Shown: piece after piece, positions 18,031-27,122 of the stretch
Position numbering within the stretch: the stretch's first letter is position 1
How the letters are laid out: each line of letters begins with the position of its first letter
Assembly: GCA_040882645.1 (NCBI GenBank)
Contig: JBBEAX010000055.1
Coordinates: 3,589 to 67,588, forward strand
Reading direction: 5' to 3'
From: Acidimicrobiia bacterium
GTDB taxonomy: Bacteria; Actinomycetota; Acidimicrobiia; Spongiisociales; UBA11373
Length of the DNA: 64,000 nucleotides
Position numbers and translations under genes: made by a program
The notes under the pieces: generated by a model
Seen by the model: only the letters and a program-made list of their open reading frames with translations
The model's database searches: none
Told to the model about the DNA's origin: nothing

Positions 18031-19124
18031 TACTTCGTCCCTATCAGCCCCAGCTGCTGCGCGCGCAGCTTGAGGTCCGCCGGGTTGGTGGCGTTGCGCA
18101 TTGCTTCGTCGAAGGCGATGGTGCCGCTGCCTGCCAGTCGCAGGATGGCCTGGTCAAAGGTCTCCATGCCGTAGTACGACCCCTCGGCGATGACGTCGGG
18201 GATCTCATGGGTCATCGTCGCGTCGGCGATCCGTTCGGCGACCCGGTCGGTGTTGACGAGGACCTCCACCGCCGGCACCCGACCCTTGCCGTTCATCGCG
18301 GGGATGAGCCGCTGGCTGAGAATCGCCTTCAGCGAGCCGGAGAGCAGCACTCTGATCTGGCGCTGATGCTCGGTGGGGAAGAAGTCGATGATGCGGTTGA
18401 TGGTCTCGGTCGCATCGAGGGTGTGGAGCGAGGACAACACCAAGTGACCGGTCTCGGCAGCTTTGAGGGCGGCATCGACGGTCTCCACGTCGCGCATCTC
18501 GCCGATGAGGATGACGTCGGGGTCCTGGCGGAGTACTCGACGCATCGCCTCGCCGAAGCTACCGGTGTCCACTCCCACTTCGCGCTGGCTCACCATCGCC
18601 ACCTTGTCGCGGTGGACGAACTCCACCGGGTCCTCCACCGTGATGATGTTGACCCGGCGGTTCGAGTTGATCCAGTCGACCAGCGCAGCCAGGGTCGTCG
18701 ACTTCCCCGACCCGGTCGGCCCGGTTACGAGGATCAGTCCCCGCCGCTCGGCGGCGAGCCGGGTGAGCACCGGAGGAAGCCCCAGTGAGGCAAAGTCGCC
18801 CGTGGGTGGAAGCAGGGCGCGCAGGGCGATGGTGATGTTGCCCCGCTGCTGAAAGGCGTTCACCCGGAATCGGGATCCGTCGGAGACGCCATAGGCGAAG
18901 TCGGCCTCACGATGCTCCTTGAACTCGACCCGCAGCCGGTCCGGGATCAGGGCTTCGAGGTAGGCGTCGACATCGGCCACCGTGAGGTTCGGCTGCGGAA
19001 GGGGGCGCAGATCGCCGTCCACCCGGATCGTCGGGGGGATCCCCGGCTTCAGGTGGAGGTCAGATGCTCCGGCCGTGCGCGTATCGGCGAGAAGCTCATC
19101 GATCGAGGGCAGGTTCGAGGTCAG
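18030..19124 (-). CDS. pilT: Type IV pilus retraction ATPase PilT-like, with the start inferred at CTG
   Basis: Walker A GPTGSGKSTT, plus LIGEMRD and TGHLVLSSLHT. The track ORF starts at GTG 19022, but the conserved PilT N-terminus (SIDELLADTRTAGASDLHLKPGIPPTIRVDGDL) continues in frame upstream to a TAG at 19137-19139. No ATG, GTG or TTG lies in between. CTG occurs at 19122-19124 (AGGAAGAG upstream) and at 19110-19112. Confidence 0.85.
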   Translation of the reverse strand: MTSNLPSIDELLADTRTAGASDLHLKPGIPPTIRVDGDLRPLPQPNLTVADVDAYLEALIPDRLRVEFKEHREADFAYGVSDGSRFRVNAFQQRGNITIALRALLPPTGDFASLGLPPVLTRLAAERRGLILVTGPTGSGKSTTLAALVDWINSNRRVNIITVEDPVEFVHRDKVAMVSQREVGVDTGSFGEAMRRVLRQDPDVILIGEMRDVETVDAALKAAETGHLVLSSLHTLDATETINRIIDFFPTEHQRQIRVLLSGSLKAILSQRLIPAMNGKGRVPAVEVLVNTDRVAERIADATMTHEIPDVIAEGSYYGMETFDQAILRLAGSGTIAFDEAMRNATNPADLKLRAQQLGLIGTK

Positions 19125-19166
19125 GTCCGGCTCTTCCTATCGGCTCAGGTCGTATCGGCACCGCCC

Positions 19167-20189
19167 TCAGCCGCCTTGAACACCCTTCCAATGCGGCGCC
19201 ATCGCCTCGGCAACCATCTGCACCGACTGGTGGGCTCGCCGGGGTGAAACGGCCGACGGCGGCGACGCGGACTCGCCGGCCGCGCCCCGCAGGGTGGCGG
19301 CAACCGAGGCTTCGATCGCCGCCAGGTTGTAGCCCCCTTCGAGGAAGTAGATGGTCGGGATCCCCAGGGACGCCAGGCCCGCAGCCATCCGCTGGTAGTC
19401 GGCGGCCTCGAGCATCACCCCGGCGAGCGGATCGGCGCGATGCGCGTCGTATCCGGCGCTCACCAGAACGCGAGCGGGAGCAAACTCGGCGAGGACAGGG
19501 ACCACCACCCGATCGAACGCCTCCGCATACGCGTCGCCCGCGGTCCCGGGAGGAAACGGAAAGTTGATCGTCCGCTCCGCCCCGGGGCCGCTGCCCGTCT
19601 CCTCGAGCCATCCGGTTCCCGGGTAGAAAGGAAACTCGTGAAGCGACACGTAGAGCACCTGGCCGTCGGTGTAGAACATGTCCTGGGTGCCGTTGCCGTG
19701 GTGGACATCCCAGTCGATGATCGCCACCCGATCGCCGCGGCCCCGGATGCGATCGGCAGCAACCGCCACATTGTTGAACAGACAGAATCCCATCGCCCGT
19801 GCCCCCAGGGCGTGATGACCGGGGGGGCGCACCACGTTGAAGGCGACGGTGGACTCGCCGTCGTCGATCGCCTGCAGCGAGGCGAGGCCGGCACCCACTG
19901 CCCGCAGCGCCGCGGTCCAGGAGGCGGGCACGGCCGAGGTGTCCGGATCGAGCGCCCCCCCGCCGGCCGCACAGAAGTCTTGGATCGTCTCGACGTACGC
20001 CCGGTCGTGCACCCCGAACAAGTCGGTGATCTCGGCTTCGGGGGCTAGTCGCTCATCCACCTCCCCTCCCCACGATCGGGCGCCCCGTAGAGCGGCGGTC
20101 ACCCGTTCGGGACGCTCGGGATGGCCGGCACCCGTGTCGTGGTCGAGAAACGCCTGGTGGTGAAAAAGCAGCGGTCGCATCGCCACCAC
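19167..20189 (-). CDS. Histone deacetylase family protein (AcuC/AphA-like)
   Basis: RPPGHHA, DWDVHHGNGTQ and SAGYDAH motifs. Confidence 0.9.
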   Translation of the reverse strand: MVAMRPLLFHHQAFLDHDTGAGHPERPERVTAALRGARSWGGEVDERLAPEAEITDLFGVHDRAYVETIQDFCAAGGGALDPDTSAVPASWTAALRAVGAGLASLQAIDDGESTVAFNVVRPPGHHALGARAMGFCLFNNVAVAADRIRGRGDRVAIIDWDVHHGNGTQDMFYTDGQVLYVSLHEFPFYPGTGWLEETGSGPGAERTINFPFPPGTAGDAYAEAFDRVVVPVLAEFAPARVLVSAGYDAHRADPLAGVMLEAADYQRMAAGLASLGIPTIYFLEGGYNLAAIEASVAATLRGAAGESASPPSAVSPRRAHQSVQMVAEAMAPHWKGVQGG

Positions 20190-20247
20190 TCTGCCACGGG
20201 CCGCCGCAGGGATTCAGCGCGACCGGCCCGCACCTACCATCGCCGTC

Positions 20248-20970
20248 GTGACAACACGAGTACGGGTCGAGGGCAGTTGGCCCGAGCCGATCACGCTGAG
20301 GAGGGGTTGGGCACGGGCCGAGTCGCGGCCGTGGAACGATGTCGTCCCGATGGCTCACCTCCGTTTGATGCGCGGCGGAGGAACCCAGTTCCTCAGTGAC
20401 TGTGTCGACGCCCTCCGCGAGGTCGGAGCATCGGCCGTGCTGTCACCCCCGCTCCCCCGGTCCGCGCAGCAGACATGGTGCGACGCCGAGTTCGTGCATC
20501 ACGCCGACCTCGCGCTTCTCCGCACCACCCTGGATCGAATACCCCCGCCGGCTCATCTCGTACTCGTCGGAGGAGAATCCGACATCGAGGAGGCGCTCCG
20601 CATCGACGCCGCCGCCTTCGACGACTTCTGGCGGTTCGACCACCGAGCCATGTGCGAGGCGATGGCGGCCACCCCTCGCGCCGTCCTTCACGTCGTCCGC
20701 AACGCCGCCGGCGGACTCGCCGGCTTCGCCGTCAGCGGAGCCGGCACATCGATCGCCTACCTGCAACGCCTGGCGGTCGATCCGGGGAGCCAGGGCCGCG
20801 GGATCGGGCGGTCCCTGGTCCGGTCATCGGCACGATGGGCGAAGCGGATGGGGTCGCGGGTGCTCATGCTCAACACCCAGATCGACAACGACGGAGCGAT
20901 CGCCCTCTACGAGTCGGAGGGATTCGTCGCGCTCAAGGAACCCCTGGCGGTGCTGAAGAACGCGGGGTGA
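20248..20970 (+). CDS. GNAT family N-acetyltransferase
   Basis: C-terminal acetyl-CoA motif LAVDPGSQGRGIGRSLV...LNTQIDNDGAIALYESEGF. Divergent from the deacetylase gene across 58 nt. Confidence 0.8.
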   Translation: MTTRVRVEGSWPEPITLRRGWARAESRPWNDVVPMAHLRLMRGGGTQFLSDCVDALREVGASAVLSPPLPRSAQQTWCDAEFVHHADLALLRTTLDRIPPPAHLVLVGGESDIEEALRIDAAAFDDFWRFDHRAMCEAMAATPRAVLHVVRNAAGGLAGFAVSGAGTSIAYLQRLAVDPGSQGRGIGRSLVRSSARWAKRMGSRVLMLNTQIDNDGAIALYESEGFVALKEPLAVLKNAG

Positions 20971-20981
20971 ACAGAGAGGCA

Positions 20982-21045
20982 GGAATCAAGAATCAAGAAT
21001 CAAGACCGTGGCAGGTTCGAGTCTTGAATCTTGGCTCTTGATTCC
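20982..21045. repeat. K-class heptad hairpin: GGAATCAAGAATCAAGAATCAAGAC - 14-nt loop - GTCTTGAATCTTGGCTCTTGATTCC
   Basis: A 25-position stem with 22 Watson-Crick pairs, 1 G-U and 2 mismatches (paired by hand). It lies between the convergent GNAT and DegV genes. Confidence 0.9.
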
Positions 21046-21081
21046 CTCCCACAAGACAGGGACCCTGCATCCGCCCCTGGG

Positions 21082-21915
21082 CTACTTCAATCGGTAGGCA
21101 ATTCCGATCACTCCGGGGCCCGCGTGGGTTCCTACCACGGGGCCGAGGCGGGCGAGCATGACTTGTCCGGGGTAGCGAGCGGCCACCTCGTCCCGGAACG
21201 ACTGGAGGTCATCGGGATCGGAGTGGATCACTGCGAGTGCCTCGACCCGGTCGACGATTCCGTCGAGATGCTCGAGGATCGCCGCCACCGCCTTCCTCCG
21301 GGTGCGCACCCGCCCGGCCGGCGAGACCACTCCGTCGGCGAACGCGATGAGCGGCTTCAGGTCGAGCAGATTGCCGAAGAAGGCCGCCGCCCCCCCGATC
21401 CGGCCACCGCGCTTGAGGTACTCGAGCGTATCGAGCGTCGCCAGCAGATTGGATTTGGTCGCGGCCTCCACTGCGATCCGTTCGGTCTCGGCGATGGTGG
21501 CCCCGGCCTCCGCCGCCTGGGCTGCCTCGACCACCACCAGACCCAGGGCGACCGAGACGAGCCGGCTGTCAATCACCCTGACCGGGATCCCCCCGCCGTA
21601 GCTGTCGACGGCGAGCACCGCCGCCTGGTAGGTGGCGCTGAGATCCGATGAGATACAGATCACCACCACCCCGTCGGCGCCCTCGTTGGACAGCCGGGTG
21701 AATGCCTCCTGGAAGCGCCCCACCGAGGGGGCGGCGGTCTCCGGGGTGACGTCGCTGGTGGTGAGCTTCGCCCAGAAGTCGTCCTTGGAGAGTTCCTCCC
21801 GATCGACAAAGTCCTCGTCGCCGAAGCGAATCGTCAGCGGCACCACCGTGAGCCGGTGTTTCCCGACCACGTCATCCGGGAGGTCACAAGAGGAGTCGGT
21901 GATGATGCGGATCAT
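21082..21915 (-). CDS. DegV family fatty-acid-binding protein
   Basis: MIRIITDSSCDLP start at ATG 21915. The 41 upstream codons of the track ORF read through an R-class repeat (VLRIANCEL) and are rejected. Confidence 0.9.
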   Translation of the reverse strand: MIRIITDSSCDLPDDVVGKHRLTVVPLTIRFGDEDFVDREELSKDDFWAKLTTSDVTPETAAPSVGRFQEAFTRLSNEGADGVVVICISSDLSATYQAAVLAVDSYGGGIPVRVIDSRLVSVALGLVVVEAAQAAEAGATIAETERIAVEAATKSNLLATLDTLEYLKRGGRIGGAAAFFGNLLDLKPLIAFADGVVSPAGRVRTRRKAVAAILEHLDGIVDRVEALAVIHSDPDDLQSFRDEVAARYPGQVMLARLGPVVGTHAGPGVIGIAYRLK

Positions 21916-21962
21916 TTCAACCTGCAGTCTCGCGCGCGTTTCGTGTGCTCGCGCTGTGAGGG

Positions 21963-22050
21963 GCAATTCGCAATTCGCAATACGCAATACGACGAACCCG
22001 GGCTCCAGCATTCGGCACGCTCGCTGCGCATTACTCATTGCGCATTGCGC
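21963..22050. repeat. R-class heptad hairpin: GCAATTC x2, GCAATAC x2 (21963-21994) and inverted CATTGCG-type array (22026-22050)
   Basis: Direct reading. The junction ATACGACGAA and loop CCGGGCTCC are shared with 40977-41078. It lies in the divergent degV / ECF-sigma region. Confidence 0.8.
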
Positions 22051-22094
22051 CGAGCGCGCGCACGGCCTCGGACCCTCATTAGCGTCTACGCGTA

Positions 22095-22676
22095 ATGACG
22101 GACCGCGCCGAGCTCGACGCCATCCTCATCGGGCGCTACCTTCAGGGGGAGGTGGCCGCTTTCGACGAGTTGATGCGCGCCCACGAGGACCGAGTCTTCG
22201 CGGTGTGTCTGCGAATGCTGCGTGATCGGGAAGCGGCGCTGGATGCCACCCAGGAGACGTTCATCGCGGTCTTCCGCAAGGCCGATCGGTTCGCCGGCCG
22301 CTCCGCGTTCAGTACCTGGCTGTACCGGGTGGCGGTGAACACGTGTTACGACCAGGCCCGCCGCAGGCGGCGCCACGCGGCGGTACCCCTCCCCGAGTCG
22401 AACGATCCCATCGATGTGTCCGCTGACGATGGGTTCACGTCGGCCGAGTTGAGGTCCGAGATCGAAACCGCGCTGGCCGCCCTACCCGACGAGTTCAGGG
22501 CGGCCGTCGTCCTCGCCGACGTCGAGGGCCTATCCCTCCAGGCGGTCGCTGACATCCTCGAGGTCCCGGTGGGCACGGTGAAGTCACGGGTGTTCCGGGG
22601 CCGCCGCCTGCTCGCCGAATCTCTCGGGAACCTGAGAGGCCCTTCCGACACTCCTATCCGAGAAGCCAATGCCTGA
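22095..22676 (+). CDS. ECF (group IV) sigma-70 factor
   Basis: Region 2 (FDELMRAHEDRVFAVCLRML, ATQETFIAVF) and region 4 (LSLQAVADILEVPVGTVKSRVFRGR). Its position upstream of trxB-trxA-cwlM resembles mycobacterial sigM. Confidence 0.9.
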   Translation: MTDRAELDAILIGRYLQGEVAAFDELMRAHEDRVFAVCLRMLRDREAALDATQETFIAVFRKADRFAGRSAFSTWLYRVAVNTCYDQARRRRRHAAVPLPESNDPIDVSADDGFTSAELRSEIETALAALPDEFRAAVVLADVEGLSLQAVADILEVPVGTVKSRVFRGRRLLAESLGNLRGPSDTPIREANA

Positions 22677-23457
22677 ATTCGACCACGACCTCATCGCCGC
22701 CCTCGCCGAAGGCCGCCTCGACCCGAGTGAGGCCGCCGCGGCCGAGCGCGTGATCGCCGCCGATGGCGAAGCCACCGCGGCGCTCACCCAGCACCGCCGG
22801 GCGCTCGCGGCCATGCGGGCTGCTTCCCCGGCCACCCTCACCGACGGCGAGCGGAATCGCGTGCAGATGGCAGTGGCCGAGGCCATCGGGCTCGACCGCG
22901 CCCCGGCGCCGCCCGCTTCGGGACGGCGGGCACCATGGGGCGCCATTGGAGTGGCGGCCGTGACTTTGGCCGCCCTGGTGGCGGTCGTCCCCATCGCCGG
23001 ACTGCTGACCAGCGACCAACCCGACTCCTCCGCGGTATCGCTGGGGATCGCCGAGGTCGACAGGTCGAGCGCCCGTACCGCCGAGGACGCCGGCGCCGAG
23101 CCGATGGCCGGCGTCGACTCCACCGTCCAGGCCACCGACGGTATGTCCACGACGCCGGCGAACGGAGACTTCGAAGGAGCTCCGGCCGCCCCCGATGCCG
23201 ACGTCGAGGAGGCGCTCACCTCACTGGCCGACGACCCGGCCGGCGGCAAGGAGAGGGCCACCGCTCCCACCGCCGAGACTGCCTGCGCCGCCGAGGCGTC
23301 CGACCAGATCGACGCGTCCCCCGACGCTCTCGAGTTCATCGAGATGACGATCGGAGACCGCCAGGTGCTGGTGTTCTTCACCATCGTCGACGGGGCGCTC
23401 GACGGCGCCGCGGCGTACTCGCCTGCCGATTGCGAGCTTCTCGGCACCCTCCCCTGA
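22669..23457 (+). CDS. Putative anti-sigma factor (single TM, no zinc-binding Cys motif)
   Basis: Overlaps the sigma gene by 8 nt. An N-terminal helical domain is followed by TM WGAIGVAAVTLAALVAVVPIAGLL and an acidic extracytoplasmic tail. Confidence 0.65.
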   Translation: MPEFDHDLIAALAEGRLDPSEAAAAERVIAADGEATAALTQHRRALAAMRAASPATLTDGERNRVQMAVAEAIGLDRAPAPPASGRRAPWGAIGVAAVTLAALVAVVPIAGLLTSDQPDSSAVSLGIAEVDRSSARTAEDAGAEPMAGVDSTVQATDGMSTTPANGDFEGAPAAPDADVEEALTSLADDPAGGKERATAPTAETACAAEASDQIDASPDALEFIEMTIGDRQVLVFFTIVDGALDGAAAYSPADCELLGTLP

Positions 23458-23491
23458 GGGTCGATCTCCGACGCATCGTCCGGCGTCGCCG

Positions 23492-23887
23492 ATGGCGCCA
23501 TCGACCGGTCCAGGCTCTAACCTCGGGTGTATGGCCGACCAGGACCAGCCCCGCGACGACTACCCGGTGAGGATCGCCGATTTCCTGGAGGCGGTGGCCA
23601 CCAAGATCAGATCGATGACGGTCGACAAGGTGGCCCGCGTCATCACTTATGTGACCCTGGGGCTGGTGGCGTTGACCCTCGTCGCCACCGCCTTTCTCTT
23701 CTTCCTGGTGGGGCTGTTCCGGATCACCGGCGAGTTGACTCGCAAGGCCTGTGACTGCACCCAGTACATGGAGATCACCTACGCGGTGATCGGTGGAGTA
23801 TTCCTGGCCCTCGGAGCGTTGTTGTGGTCTAAGCGGGTGCGCGAAGGCTCGCCCGCTGAGCGCATCCGACGCAAGGACGATCAGTGA
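23492..23887 (+). CDS. Hypothetical membrane protein (2-3 TM)
   Basis: ORF-track call; ATG 23531 (MADQDQP) is an equally plausible start. The stop overlaps the trxB GTG (GTGA). Confidence 0.55.
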   Translation: MAPSTGPGSNLGCMADQDQPRDDYPVRIADFLEAVATKIRSMTVDKVARVITYVTLGLVALTLVATAFLFFLVGLFRITGELTRKACDCTQYMEITYAVIGGVFLALGALLWSKRVREGSPAERIRRKDDQ

Positions 23888-24858
23888 CCGAGAAGCTCAC
23901 CATCATCGGCTCCGGCCCTGCCGGGCTGACCGCGGCAATCTACGCCGCCCGGGCCAACCTCGAGCCGCTGATGATCGAGGGCATGGCCGCCGGCGGCCAG
24001 TTGATGCTCACCACCGACGTCGAGAACTACCCCGGCTTTCCCGACGGGATCATGGGACCCGAACTGATGGAGCTGTTCAAGAAGCAGGCCACGAGGTTCG
24101 GCACGAGGATCGTCACTTCCGACGTTTCGAAGGTGGATCTGTCACAGCGGCCCTTCAAGATCTGGGTCGGTAATGACGAGTACCAATCCGAATCGATCAT
24201 CGTGTCCACCGGCGCGTCGGCGCGCTGGTTGGGCGTCCCCGGCGAAGACAAACTCCGCGGCTACGGCGTTTCGGCATGCGCCACCTGCGACGGGTTCTTC
24301 TTCCGCGATCGCCCGATCATCGTGGTCGGCGGCGGCGACTCGGCCATGGAGGAGGCGTTGTTTCTCACCAAGTTCGCCTCCCGGGTCACCATCGTCCACC
24401 GTCGCGACGAGTTCCGGGCGTCGAAGATCATGGCCTCCAGGGTTCTGGAGCACGACAAGATCGACGTCCGTTGGAACACCATTGTCGATGAGATCCTCGG
24501 TGACGGGTCGGTCACCGGGGTGCGGCTCACCGACCTCGAATCCGGCGCCGCCGAAGAGTTCGCCACCGAAGGCGTGTTCGTCGCCATCGGCCACGATCCG
24601 AACACCGGTCTCTTCAAGGGTCAGCTCGAACTCGACGAGAAGGGCTACCTGAAGGTGTTCGGCAACACTTCTACTTCGGTGGCCGGAGTGTTCGGCGCGG
24701 GCGACGTGGTCGACCACACCTACCGCCAGGCGGTGACCGCCGCCGGCATGGGCTGCGAAGCCGCCATCGACGTCGAACGCTGGCTCGACGCCCAGGGTGG
24801 CGATTCCTATCCCCCCGCAGGGTCACGAACCTCGACCGAGATGGTCGCCGATCAATAG
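23884..24858 (+). CDS. trxB: Thioredoxin-disulfide reductase
   Basis: IIGSGPAGLTAAIYAAR, redox-active CATCDG and GGGDSAMEEA. Confidence 0.95.
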   Translation: MTEKLTIIGSGPAGLTAAIYAARANLEPLMIEGMAAGGQLMLTTDVENYPGFPDGIMGPELMELFKKQATRFGTRIVTSDVSKVDLSQRPFKIWVGNDEYQSESIIVSTGASARWLGVPGEDKLRGYGVSACATCDGFFFRDRPIIVVGGGDSAMEEALFLTKFASRVTIVHRRDEFRASKIMASRVLEHDKIDVRWNTIVDEILGDGSVTGVRLTDLESGAAEEFATEGVFVAIGHDPNTGLFKGQLELDEKGYLKVFGNTSTSVAGVFGAGDVVDHTYRQAVTAAGMGCEAAIDVERWLDAQGGDSYPPAGSRTSTEMVADQ

Positions 24859-24883
24859 GAGGTGAAGGCCTCAGGGCCCGCCA

Positions 24884-25210
24884 ATGGCTGACAATGTGAT
24901 AACCGCAACCGACCAGGGGTTCGCCGAGCTCATCGCCGGCGACACCCCGGTGCTCGTCGACTTCTGGGCCGAGTGGTGCTCGCCCTGCCGGATGATCGCC
25001 CCGGTCGTCGAAAAGATCGCCACCAACCACGCCGGCAAGATCACCGTGGCGAAGCTCAACGTCGATGAGAACCCCAACACCGCCATGCGGTACGAGGTGA
25101 TGAGCATTCCCACTCTCATCGTGTATCAGGGCGGCAACGAGAAGAAGCGCATCGTGGGGGCGCGGCCCGAGCAGGCGATCCTCTCGGAGATCGACGAGTT
25201 CATCGCCTAG
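24884..25210 (+). CDS. trxA: Thioredoxin
   Basis: 108 aa with a WCSPCR active site (WAEWCSPCRMIAP). Confidence 0.95.
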   Translation: MADNVITATDQGFAELIAGDTPVLVDFWAEWCSPCRMIAPVVEKIATNHAGKITVAKLNVDENPNTAMRYEVMSIPTLIVYQGGNEKKRIVGARPEQAILSEIDEFIA

Positions 25211-25270
25211 CTCGATACCACCCGGCCCGGCCGCGAGTGAAGCGTTCACTTTCTGTCAGGATTGGCTGAC

Positions 25271-26227
25271 ATGGCCCTGTATCAGATAGGCGACACCGGG
25301 GACGCCGTGCGCGACATTCAGGACCGCCTGGCAGCGGTCGGCTTCGCCATCGACGGCGATCGCTCGGGTGAATTCGGTGAAGGCACCGAGGCGGCGGTCC
25401 GGTCGTTCCAGGAATCGAGGCGCCTCGCTGCCGACGGGATGGTCGGCCGCGAGACCTGGCGCATTCTCGTCGACGCCAGCTACACCCTCGGTGACCGGCT
25501 CCTCTACTACCGGATGCCGATGCTGCACGGCGACGACGTGGCGGAACTGCAAAGCAGACTCAATGCTCTGGGTTTCGAGGCCGGTGCAATGGACGGGATC
25601 TTCGGCCCGGTCACGCTGCGGGCCGTCATCGAATTCCAGCAGAACCGCATCATGGCTGAGGACGGGATCATTGGCCCGGCGGTGGTCGCCGAGTTGACGC
25701 TGATGTCGCGCGAGACCGGGAAGATGGGACGGCACGAACTGAAGGAGCGGGTCTGGCTGTCCAACCTGCCCCACTCTCTCGCCGGCCAGCGGGTGTTCGT
25801 GGACCCCTACTGCCGGGACGATCGCGAGGCCATCGAGGCCTGGGCGGCCGCCCACGGGGCGATCACCACGCTGAGCGAGGCGGGCGCCCATCCGGTGCTC
25901 AGCCGTTCGGCCGATACCCGGCCCGCAGAGCGGCTCCGCGCCGAGCACGCCAACGAGGTGGGGGCGTTCATCGTCATCGGTTTCGCCTTGCCCTCCACCG
26001 ACGTCCCCGGGGTCTACTTCTACTCGTCGGCTCGAGGCCAAAGCGAGGCAGGAGAAAGGATCGCAGCAGCGGTCGCCGCCGGGCTGGGGGTCGAAGCGGT
26101 GGGCCGGGTCACCCCGCTGCTGCGCGACACCCGCGCCCCGGCGATCGTCGTGGCCCTACCCCGCCTGGACGCGGCGGTCGGCGCCTCAGCCGCTCGCAGC
26201 GTCGAGTCCTGGTTCGACAACCATTAA
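25271..26227 (+). CDS. cwlM: CwlM-like protein: two peptidoglycan-binding domains plus an N-acetylmuramoyl-L-alanine amidase-like domain
   Basis: Two PG_binding_1-like repeats (GDTGDAVRDIQDRLAAVGF; GDDVAELQSRLNALGF) then an amidase_3-like C-terminus. trxB-trxA-cwlM synteny as in mycobacteria. The track ORF starts at TTG 25262. Confidence 0.8.
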   Translation: MALYQIGDTGDAVRDIQDRLAAVGFAIDGDRSGEFGEGTEAAVRSFQESRRLAADGMVGRETWRILVDASYTLGDRLLYYRMPMLHGDDVAELQSRLNALGFEAGAMDGIFGPVTLRAVIEFQQNRIMAEDGIIGPAVVAELTLMSRETGKMGRHELKERVWLSNLPHSLAGQRVFVDPYCRDDREAIEAWAAAHGAITTLSEAGAHPVLSRSADTRPAERLRAEHANEVGAFIVIGFALPSTDVPGVYFYSSARGQSEAGERIAAAVAAGLGVEAVGRVTPLLRDTRAPAIVVALPRLDAAVGASAARSVESWFDNH

Positions 26228-26264
26228 TCAGCGCCCGGTGGCGGGATGTCAGGGGCCGGACCCC

Positions 26265-27122
26265 TCACTGGTTCAGTTCGCGATAGATCCTCTCCAGATC
26301 ATCCACGGATCCGAACCTTATGGTCAGCCGTCCCCCACCCCGCCGTCCGTACTGGATGGTGACGGGCGAGCCGAGACGCTCCGTCAGTCGCTCCTCGAGA
26401 GCGATGATCTCGGCGGGGCGCTCGCGTCGGGCGGGACCACCCGAATCGACATCCCCTCCGCCGTGCTTGCGGACCGCATCTTCGACCTGACGAACCGACC
26501 AACCTTCGTCGGCGGCTCGATTGGCCGTTCGCACCGCAAAGGCGGTGTCGCTGGTTCCGAGTAGCGCCCGTGCCGCACCGGCCGAGAGCCTCGCGTCGGC
26601 CAGCAGACCCTGAATCGCCCCGGGGAGGTTCAGCAATCGCACGGTGTTGGTGATCGCCGACCTGCTCTTGCCCACTCGCTCGGCAACCTGCTCGTGTGTC
26701 ATGTCAAAATCTTCCATAAGAGTTCGGTAGGCGGCGGCCTCCTCCAGCGAACCAAGATCCTCACGCTGCACGTTCTCGATCAGCGCTTCGGCCAGGCGTC
26801 CCGAGTCGTCGGACACCCTGATGACCGCGGGGATGGTGTCCAGGCCGGCCAGCTTGGCGGCTCGAAGCCGCCTCTCCCCCGCCACCAGCACGTGCCTGCC
26901 GTCGTCGTCTGCCGGCCCGATCACGATCGGCTGCAGGACCCCCACCTCTCTGATCGAGGCCGCCAGGGCCTCGAGGGCCTCCTCGTCGAAGCGCTCCCTC
27001 GGCTGGCGGGGATTGGGGGTGATCGCGCCGATCTGCACCCAGGCGAACCCCTCGGTCGGAACGGTCGTCGACAGGAGGGCCTCGAGCCCCCTCCCCAATC
27101 CGGACTTACGTGGTGCGGCCAT
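26265..27122 (-). CDS. parB: Chromosome partitioning protein ParB
   Basis: GLGRGLEALL, the ParB box (QPIVI...LVAGERRLRAAKLAGL) and an HTH (MTHEQVAERVGKSRSAITN). Confidence 0.95.
   Translation of the reverse strand: MAAPRKSGLGRGLEALLSTTVPTEGFAWVQIGAITPNPRQPRERFDEEALEALAASIREVGVLQPIVIGPADDDGRHVLVAGERRLRAAKLAGLDTIPAVIRVSDDSGRLAEALIENVQREDLGSLEEAAAYRTLMEDFDMTHEQVAERVGKSRSAITNTVRLLNLPGAIQGLLADARLSAGAARALLGTSDTAFAVRTANRAADEGWSVRQVEDAVRKHGGGDVDSGGPARRERPAEIIALEERLTERLGSPVTIQYGRRGGGRLTIRFGSVDDLERIYRELNQ

Noticed and set aside
19241-19256. GTGAAAC half-site inside the deacetylase gene, considered as an extra parS.
   Set aside because: Only one half of the palindrome matches.
21007-21024. GGTTCGAGTC in the loop of the K hairpin resembles a tRNA T-arm.
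   Set aside because: No acceptor stem, D-arm or anticodon arm can be drawn around it, and it is simply the hairpin loop.
21916-22038. N-terminal extensions of track ORFs that read through repeats, for example DegV 21916-22038 (VLRIANCEL) and the 5497-5898 extension of the membrane protein (FAMRDAQCAMRDAS).
   Set aside because: The peptides are translations of the heptad arrays. Good internal ATG starts with conserved N-termini exist downstream.
22051-22094. ECF-type autoregulatory promoter (GGAAC-N16-17-CGTC) upstream of the sigma gene.
   Set aside because: GGACC and CGTCT are present but only 8 nt apart and too close to the ATG, so no convincing match exists.
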